NCBI GenBank assembly: GCA_964016885.1 | Contig: OZ024747.1 | Location: 9,672,001-9,736,000 of the forward strand | Direction of reading: 5' to 3' | Source: Eledone cirrhosa | Lineage: Eukaryota | DNA: 64,000 bases | Part shown: one piece after another, positions 54,831-64,000 of the stretch | Layout of the letters: each line of letters opens with the position of its first letter | Numbering within the stretch: the first letter of the stretch is position 1 | Notes under the pieces: generated by a model | Seen by the model: only the letters and a program-made list of their open reading frames with translations | The model's database searches: none | Told to the model about the DNA's origin: nothing | Position numbers and translations under genes: made by a program

Positions 54831-57800
54831 AAGCCATGGAGGATTCTATCTCCAGCTAAAGAAGGGAACAATATGGGCTTTAGCCTGAACTTCCATGAGA
54901 TGTATCAAAATCATACCAACACCATGCCTGATGTTGTTGATCACCATGGAAACAAACAAGCTCTTAATTCTGGTTCTAACTTCCTAGATTCCGAGATGAA
55001 TAACTCCATTGTAGGCACAAAAAAATCAAGTGGCGTGTGTGCGGAACCTGCTGCAAAACTACCCAGCAAGCTGACATGGAAAGATCTGTCACCAACCAAA
55101 CAGAAGAATCTGTCTCAGCATAGTAGCAGTAGTAGTGGTGGTTCGTCAGGTGAGGAGAGCCGTGCTAGTGGTGTTATCTGGGGGGAAGACAGTGAAGTAA
55201 ATAAGAATCAACTAGTCACTTGGAAACAACTATCTCCTACAAAATTGTCACCCCCCGCCGACTATGAGCCAGATAGTGGATATTCATCAAATGAAGTAAA
55301 TCATAAAATGAAAGGTACAACGGAGCTGTGTAACTCATATATAATGGCGACTCAGCAGAAACCAATGAAAACCAGCTCGGGAAGCACAAGTAATGAGTCA
55401 CCGGAAGACGCATTAGAATACTTCTACGATGAGGATTTTTCTGTTCAATTTGAACCGAATCTGAGTAATCCTCAGATCAATGTTGATGATATAGGAAGAG
55501 ATGAGATGTTTATTTTGCCTCAAATGCTGAATGGTAGTTATCTGAGCTTTGAATCGTTGAAATCCTCCTCTGACGCAACCCCTGCGCCCTTCGAGGATCA
55601 ATGCGAATTGGAGTTTTCTGATAACCAAAATTCAATGGAAATTTCCACCAGTGAACGAGACATGATGTGTTCCAGTGAAATGTTAGAGCTTAGCAGTGAT
55701 CCATTATTTACTCCAACACCAACCAGTGAGGCCCCTCCTTGTCATCTTCTTAACGACAGTTTGGACCATGGGCACAAGCCCGGTGACCTTCAAATTAGTA
55801 AATCGTCGCTAGATCCTAACCAGTCAGTTGATGGCAAGCTGGTGATAGATTGTTACCCCCGCAAGGAAAATTACTGCTTATCATTCGTTGGGTCACAAAG
55901 TAAAACAAGCAGTTCGGAAGCAGAAATCTCGTTAGCCAATTTGAGAAGACATGAGTTTGAGGACAGTGATGGTGGTACGCATCCTTACTGTATTTCTTCT
56001 GGGGAAGGAGCAGAAGATGTTTTTACAAACAGCTTCCACTTCTGCCGAGATGGAGAAGTACCAGTAAAAAGCTCACCTTTATTACGACTTATGCGATCAG
56101 ACACTTCTGCAGCAAAGACGCACTTCATTGGACATCTCACTTCATTGCCTGAAACAAATCAGGAAGTTGAAAATGAGTCTACTTCTTCAGGGATGTCAGA
56201 ATGTAGTGGTCAAGGTCGGATAATATCACATAGCTTACCCAGAAATGGGTGCAGCATGCAAACATTTAGTTCGCTTAAAAATAAGGTCGGCTCCCATTCA
56301 CGCCCCAAAACCATGGTTTCATGGAAACAAATCAAGACTATGTATCGTAAAGGAAAACAACTTTCTAATCAAAACACTGGTGGCAAAAGCTGCAGTATGC
56401 CAGACTTATGTCTGCGAACGTGGCAGAAAGTCGCTGCTGAGAAGAAGAAAGAGTTAGAAAGTAGCAAAGAAGAAGAGGAGGAGGGAGAAGATGAGAAAGC
56501 CGAGAACAAGCGTTACTCGGCAACATTGGTGGAAATGTACCAACGTATGAAAGCAATGGGAAAAGCAACTTCTCCTGATATCCATATACCAGGGTGGTCT
56601 TTAAATAGTAGCACGTCCAGTCGACCTGGAAGTGGTCAATGGTCTGTGAACAGTGAGGATAAATTGTACGTCAATGATATGAAAGGTCCTGAAGGTATTC
56701 ATTTGGCTGTACAATGTGAACAGACAGGCTGGGAGAATTCATCCCATCTTGATCATCATCATCATCATCACCACCACCACCACATCAATCCGTCTGTTCA
56801 CAATGTTAAAGATTGTGTTGAATGGAGAGAAGGGTTCAGTTCTTTTGAATTAAGGTCAGCTTGTTGCCAGGTGCCACTGAATAGGAAGCGTAGCCAAGCT
56901 ACTGCTATCTCTCCTCAATCAGTTAATGTGTGGTTGGGAACCAAGAACTTTTCTGCCCAGTTTCCACCTCTTACAAGAGACTGTGGAGTCCAAACGTCTT
57001 TTGAAGATGAACACTCCATGGCATCAGGTCTGAGGAGAAACTGCAAACAAACCACCGAAGGAAACTATGATATACCAAAGTGTCATTGCCACATGATGGC
57101 AAAATCTGAAAAAATAAATCTCAAAGCAAGAGAAGCTTTCCATATGTCCACCAGAATAGCACGTGAAATGTTCTATTCACATAGATCTTTGCCAGATTTA
57201 AGTTTTATTTCTCTTCCAAGTCCTTCTTTGCAAAGGCTTCAGAGACGCTCCGCTGATAAACCTGTCTTAAATAATCCTAGAATACACCGACCAACTAGTA
57301 ATTCTTCAAATACTCATTTTAAGGAAACTCTAGAAGAACTCAAGAAACTCCAAAGACCAGAAACTATGCATATATCAGGGCCTTTCTGTAGTCGACGTCC
57401 AAACATGTTCCGACCAATTGGATCATGTCGTGGAGCTGATTGGCACTCCAGTAGTAGTGGATTTAGCACTAGTTCTACATCTTCAGGAATAGATCCTGGT
57501 TATTTTGACTATTGGTACGGCAGTTTTGGAAGCTTTCCAAGACTGCCGTGTTGTGCGGCGTTGTTGGATACCAGATATGTCTACAACAGTGCTGGTTTTG
57601 AGACCTTCCCGCGTCTTGTACGCAAGCCTGATGACAAGAAGAAGAAGAAGAAGAAGAAAGAGGAGGAGGAGGAGGGGGAGGAGGAGGCAATGGAGGAAGA
57701 AGAGTCACAACCAAAGACGATGCGAATAGTTGACCGCCGCTATGAGCGGTACCAGTATGAAAGTCACCCAGCACACAATCGTCAAAAACCATGGAAGAGA

Positions 57801-58578
57801 TGGAGTGCTAGTACTTCCTCAAACTCAAGTGGCAACTCAGCACAAACGGAAACTTTGTACAGCGTTGCCGAAGAAAAGACCCCTACTTCACCTGACAAGT
57901 CTTTGGAGGGAAAATTAGAAGACAATGAAGAATACGGAAACTGTAGGTTAGGAACGGATGGTTACTATGACAACCAAGAGTATGATGAGAAAGTAGAAGG
58001 GCTAGAAGATGCTGTTGGGTGTGTCCGCATGCGAAACACTGGTTTGACTTTAGCAGAAACCTATTGTCCTGATAAACGGCCCCTGAAATCCTGCCTGCGC
58101 AAACGTCAGCGTTCCCTATCCGATCCTTACGCTAAGGCACCCTGGACCGACAATATTAGAAAACATAATACTGCTGCTACTTCACACCGACATTCTTACG
58201 GCTGTGATAGAGACCAAATGGCTGGCGCTGATGGACCTATTGATTACCCAAAAGATATTGATGATGTTGCAGCATCATCTCCTGTGGACGTATTACCGTC
58301 AAGCGGCTGTGAAAGTGACAGCATGTCGACCAATCCAACCCGCGATGTGACATCTAATGAAACCAGTAACACATCACTGAGCGAGAAGGATATGGCGCGT
58401 TCTAAGAAAAGCGTAAGCTTTGCTAGGGAGGTGTCGTTTCATTCTCCTCCCTGCAGTCCCCAAGTCCCACCAAGGCGACAGACTATTGAGGGACGGCAGG
58501 TACCCCATATTGGATACGGTCTTACAAAGGATTCAATACCAAATCCAAACTGGATAGGTACCACATCCAATCAACCAA
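54831..58578 (+). CDS. Giant internal coding exon (3748 bp) of an uncharacterised Ser-rich, largely disordered protein
   Basis: 1290-codon ORF of complex sequence. Pyrimidine tract and TTTTCAG acceptor end at 54830 (phase 0); donor GTAAGT at 58579 (phase 1), after which the ORF becomes T-rich intron. No folded domain recognised. Confidence 0.9.
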
Positions 58579-58659
58579 GTAAGTTACTCTGTTTTTCTTT
58601 TGTTTTTGCTTTCTTCATTTTTTATTTATTGCCTAAATGTTATATTGTTTTCATAATTG

Positions 58660-59035
58660 TTGATAATATACCCTTCCACTGGTGATAATATACCCTCCCA
58701 CTAATGATGATATACCCTTCTACTGGTGATAATATACCCTTCCACTGGTGATAATATACCCTCCCACTAATGATGATATACCCTTCCACTGGTGATGATA
58801 TACCCTTCTACTGGTGATGATATACCCTTCTACTGGTGATGATATACCCTCCCACTAATGATGATATACCCTTATACTGGTGATGATATACCCTTCTACT
58901 GGTGATGATATACCCTTCTACTGGTGATGATATACCCTCCCACTAGGGATAATATACCCTCCCACTAGGGATAATATACCCTCCCACTAATGATGATATA
59001 CCCTTCTACTGGTGATAATATACCTTTCTACTGAT
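58660..59035. repeat. 22-bp minisatellite, about 17 copies
   Basis: TACCC anchors at 58691, 58713 and 58735. Confidence 0.92.
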
Positions 59036-59629
59036 GTTTGCATCCCCCCTCCCCCCAGGTCTAAATCCAAACCTGAAGCCAGGACATCATGACTGGGAAG
59101 TAATTGATTATTTATTGATCAATTGACTTGTGATGGTGTTGTGGTAGTGATGTTGTGATTGACTTGTGATGGTGTTGTGATTGATTCAGTGTTTCTTGGC
59201 TATTTTAAAACCTTGCAGAGCACATCCCTCAGCATGTTAGACCAGAAACATTTCCTTCCACACAGAGAGAAAGAGAGGAAGTGTGAAAGAAGAATCAACA
59301 CCAGTATTTAACTGGTACTTTATTGATCAACCCCTGAAAGAGTCAAAGATAAAGTTGATGTCATCAAAGACAAACAGTGTCAGATAAAATGTTTGGTGCC
59401 ATTCCATCTAACAACTTTGTCAATTTGCTATTTATACATACACACAGTATATACACAAACACTATACATATACACACACAATATACATATATACACAGAT
59501 ACACATATATACACACACATACACATACTTTAACAAAACATGTGAATTTGATGATAATGACTCACATTTTCTATGAAACAGAAAGTCAAGCATTCTTCAG
59601 ATAATTGCTTTCACAATCCACCATAACTG

Positions 59630-61315
59630 CTTCAGATGAAGATACTACCACCACTACTATTACTACTACCACTACTACAGATGTAGATACTACCACCACT
59701 ACTATTACTACTACCACCACTACTATTACTACTACCACTACTACAGATGAAGATACTACCACCACTACTATTACTACTACCACTGCTTCAGATAAAGCTA
59801 TTACCACCACTACTATTACTACTACCACCACTACTATTACTACTACCACTACTACAGATGTAGATACTACCACCACTACTATTACTACTACCACTACTAC
59901 AGATGTAGATACTACCACCACTACTATTACTACTACCACCACTACTATTACTACTACCACTACTACAGATGTAGATACTACCACCACTACTATTACTACT
60001 ACCACTACTACAGATGAAGATACTACCACCACTACTATTACTATTACCACTACCACTACTACAGATGAAGATACTACCACCACTACTATTACTACTACCA
60101 CTACTACAGATGTAGATACTACCACCACTACTATTACTACTACCACTACTACAGATGAAGATACTACCACCACTACTATTACTATTACCACTACAACAGA
60201 TGAAGATACTACCACCACTACTATTACTACTACCACTACTACAGATGTAGATACTACCACCACTACTATTACTACTACCACTACCACAGATGTAGATACT
60301 ACCACCACCACAACTATTACTATTACCACTACAACAGATGAAGATACTACCACCACTACTATTACTACTACCACTACCACAGATGTAGATACTACCACCA
60401 CCACAACTATTACTATTACCACTACAACAGATGAAGATACTACCACCACTACTATTACTACTACCACTACTACAGATGTAGATACTACCACCACTACTAT
60501 TACTACTACCACTACAACAGATGAAGATACTACCACCACTACTATTACTACTACCACTACTACAGATGTAGATACTACCACCACTACTATTACTACTACC
60601 ACTACCACAGATGTAGATACTACCACCACCACAACTATTACTATTACCACTACAACAGATGAAGATACTACCACCACTACTATTACTACTACCACTACTA
60701 CAGATGTAGATACTACCACCACTACTATTACTACTACCACTACTACAGATGAAGATACTACCACCACTACTATTACTACTACCACTACTACAGATGTAGA
60801 TACTACCACCACTACTATTACTACTACCACTACAACAGATGAAGATACTACCACCACTACTATTACTACTACCACTACTACAGATGTAGATACTACCACC
60901 ACTACTATTACTACTACCACTACTACAGATGAAGATACTACCACCACTACTATTACTACTACCACTACAACAGATGAAGATACTACCACCACTACTATTA
61001 CTACTACCACTACTACAGATGTAGATACTACCACCACTACTATTACTACTACCACTACTACAGATGAAGATACTACCACCACTACTATTACTACTACCAC
61101 TACAACAGATGTAGATACTACCACCACTACTATTACTACTACCACTACTACAGATGAAGATACTACCACCACTACTATTACTACTACCACTACCACAGAT
61201 GTAGATACTACCACCACCACTACTATTACTACTACCATTACCACTACTACAGTTGAAGATACTACCACCATAACTGCTACAGATCTAGATACTACTACTA
61301 CTACTACTACTACTA
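59630..61315. repeat. 45-bp (ACT/ACC)-derived minisatellite, open as a Thr-rich ORF
   Basis: Unit translates to D(V/E)DTTTTTITTTTTT; the opposite strand is also open. Confidence 0.9.
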
Positions 61316-61714
61316 GTATGGAAAAATGGATGTTAAATGATGAGCACTTGATGCCCCCCCCCCCCCCACATATATATATATAATTGGTTCTGTATGAGCA
61401 AGACATGGTCATCTGACCTTGACTTGCCTCAAGTAGGACAACCCATCTAGCCCATGCTAGTGTGGAAATGGATGTTAAATAGTGATATGTATATATATAT
61501 TATTAAGTATAAGTATGTGTGACGACATCTTGGTAGTGAGATCTTGGTAATCATGGCTGGGATGGACCAAAGAGCAATTTGAATATATACATACGCTCAC
61601 ACATTTATATATAGACAACTAATATGTATATATATATATATCTGTGTGTGTGTGTGTATAGGCATACAGACATACATAAACACACATATACACACATATA
61701 TATGATATATATAT

Positions 61715-62279
61715 AATATCAATAAGTGTGTGTGTGTGTCTGTGAGTTTGAATCCCTAAAACTCGAGAAGTACCCAACCGCTTTTTTTCAAACTTTACAT
61801 GTGTATTACTTATGTTTCAAAATTCAACTTTTTGATCTCCTAGCATCTCCTAGCATTAGGTGGAAAACTGCGTTCTTTAAGCTTTTTAGGGGTTTTTTGA
61901 GGCGTTACGTCAGACCGATTTCCTTGAAATTGTAACTATGTATTAGTCAGTCTCTTCTTCATACCACAAGCATTAGGTGAAAAACTTCATTTTTTCAGCT
62001 TTTTGGAGGCGTTACGTCTAGCTGATTTTTCCGAAATTTCAAGGCATATTATGCACATAAAAAAAATTCATTTTCTTGATCCTCTAGGGCCCGCATTAGG
62101 TGAAAACCTGCATTTTTCCTGCTTCATCGAGGAAAATCTTAAAGATTATCCAGCCATCAGAGTATTCGGTTTATTTTCTTTACATATTGTCCAGGCATGC
62201 AGGTTTTCCACAATTAGGTCTGTTGGCGGCCCGCGTTCCAAAATACCTTATCCCGTGCAACGCCGGGTACCACTGCTAG
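61715..62279 (+). mobile_element. Non-autonomous Helitron-like element
   Basis: 3' hairpin CCCG-TGCAACGC-CGGG followed by CTAG (62276-62279) then T; 5' region matches the inverted copy at 62670-62790. Confidence 0.72.
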
Positions 62280-62299
62280 TATCTTTATAAAACCATGTT

Positions 62300-62360
62300 T
62301 ATTTTATTATATGTATTTCAAGGGTACTAATATTTTAGTACGCTTTCGTGAGATAAAATA
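62300..62360 (-). ncRNA. Degenerate hammerhead (core CUCACGA)
   Basis: Minus strand: UAUUUUAU CUCACGA AAGCGUACUAA-AAUA-UUAGUACCCUU GAAA UACAUA UA AUAAAAUA; G5 to C, probably inactive. Inverted 3' half at 62421-62456. Confidence 0.65.
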
Positions 62361-62456
62361 CAATAATTGGTGTAAAGAAAGTGACATATCTTCATGTTAT
62401 AAGTTCAGTGAGGATAGTAACCTTGAAATACGTATAATAAAATAAACATGGTTTTA

Positions 62457-62790
62457 GGGATTCAAACTCACACACACACACACACACAGACATCCTCAGG
62501 GAAGTGACGTAATGCAGACAGCCAGACATACAGACAGATATTATAAGGGCGCGACGTTATACGTATGTATCTAAAAAGAGAAAGACTAAGAGTTATGAGA
62601 GAGATCGCTAAATCGCCTAATGTGGTCCCTAGGGCATTGAAAATTTGAAATTCTTTTTGCTCAGAACACTCCCTGACACATAAGTATTACATGTGTAAAG
62701 TTTGAAAACAGTCGGTTGGGTGCTTCTCGAGTTTTAGGGATTCATACTCACACACACACAGGCAGACATCTTCAGTTTTATATATATAGA
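62457..62790 (-). mobile_element. Helitron-like 5' fragment(s)
   Basis: Minus strand starts A|TCTATATATATAAAACTGAAGATGTCTG, then (TG)n and GAATCCCTAAAACTCGAGAAG, shared with 61750. Confidence 0.68.
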
Positions 62791-62891
62791 TTTTCCATTT
62801 ATTAATATTATTGATACTCCGGATAAAACCGTTGAGTGCTTCTAATCTGTTGTAAATTAACTTTGTTGAATAATCAACAAACCAAATAACT

Positions 62892-62928
<37 letters not shown>

Positions 62929-63047
62929 GAAATGTTAAAACAAGGTTCATTGATTATTCAATGAATATAGTTTTACAATAGATTAAAAGCACTCAACAAA
63001 GAAGTTTTCTAGAGTTATTAATATTATTCAAAATATTAATAAATGTG

Positions 63048-63109
63048 TTTTATTATATATATTTCGGAGGTACTGTGCTGTTTTTTCAGTACGTCCTCAT
63101 CAGATAAAA
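63048..63109 (-). ncRNA. Minimal type I hammerhead ribozyme
   Basis: Minus strand: UUUUAU CUGAUGA GGACGUACUG-loop-CAGUACCUCC GAAA UAUAUA UA AUAAAA; complete core. Confidence 0.85.
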
Positions 63110-63182
63110 TACATAAATTGATGTATGACATACCTCAACTGTGCTGATGGTTCAATTCCAGTCTTGGCAGCAGTCGCATGTA

Positions 63183-63244
63183 TTTTATCTGATGAGGACG
63201 TACTGAAAAAACAGCACAGTACCTCCAAAATATATATAATAAAA
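63183..63244 (+). ncRNA. Inverted hammerhead copy with core mutation GAAA to AAAA
   Basis: Reverse complement of 63048-63109 except CCTCCAAAA in place of CCTCCGAAA. Confidence 0.7.
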
Positions 63245-63287
63245 CATTTTTTTGATTATGTGAATGTATCCATTTATTAGTATTTTG

Positions 63288-63327
<40 letters not shown>

Positions 63328-63332
<5 letters not shown>

Positions 63333-63545
63333 AAAAAGTATGACCCCGATGGCAGAGCTCAAGCCGTTCCGACGGCTATTTCTGTACTAAAAAAAAATTT
63401 TTTTAGTACAGAAATAGCCGTCGAAACGGCTTGAGCTCTGCCGTCGGGATCATACTTTTTCCTATTTCCCACTCTACTACCCTAAGTATTGAGTACTCTG
63501 GTGCGTTATGGTCCATCTGGTTCCTTACCACAATTCCTTCGTTAT
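63328..63545. mobile_element. Penelope-terminus-like repeat with a 138-bp fold-back (63328-63465)
   Basis: Arms ATAGGAAAAAGTATGA...CTGTACTAAAA and reverse complement; distal part matches 8997-9073; flanked by (TA)n. Confidence 0.7.
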
Positions 63546-63562
63546 ATATATATATATATATA

Positions 63563-63619
<57 letters not shown>

Positions 63620-64000
63620 ATCATCATTAAACACACACACATATCTGAATGTCACTCTTCTGAAAATTGTTTCTCCAAATTCTTGTCCTAAAAGCGGAAC
63701 TATCAGTGACGTAACACTGTTATGATACCAACAGTCTGTTGAAATAAGCTGCCATATTCTCTGGTAAACAACACACAACACACTTGCAAATAGATGTAAC
63801 TATTAAACTGTTGAGATCTTTATATTGACAGTGGTGGTGGTGGTGGTGGGGAATGATGTCCTCACCCTTCACCTCCCTGGGGGGAGAGGTGCATTTTTAT
63901 TAAGTTGGTGTGTGTGTGTGTGTGTTTGTTGTGGTGTGAGTGTATATGAGAGTGAGTGAGTGTGTTTGTGTGTGTGTATTGTGGTGTGGTGTGCGTGTGT

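Noticed and set aside
58579-58685. Hydrophobic C-terminus of the 1290-aa ORF as a transmembrane helix
   Set aside because: It lies after the GTAAGT donor and is translated T-rich intron.

Overview
AT-rich, repeat-dominated eukaryotic DNA. The microsatellite load and SINE families suggest a coleoid cephalopod (Octopus-like); this is an inference. Almost all six-frame ORFs are simple-repeat artefacts. Real coding signal: one giant + strand exon (54831-58578, about 1249 codons, Ser-rich and disordered, protein not recognised); a plausible 26-codon first exon (35178-35255) that would splice to it in phase 0; a GC-rich, 5'-truncated CRE-like non-LTR retrotransposon with a restriction-like endonuclease (16054-17322, minus strand); and decayed Penelope-like and RTE fragments. 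The rest is tRNA-derived SINEs (three families), piggyBac-type MITEs with TTAA duplications, Helitron pieces and minisatellites. The most interesting signal is non-coding: about nine intact or decayed minimal type I hammerhead ribozyme motifs. They have covarying stem II and palindromic stem III, and sit on short Penelope-derived units beside (TA)n tracts, often as long fold-back pairs. One pair lies in the putative first intron of the gene. All structures were read by eye; no folding or database search was run.
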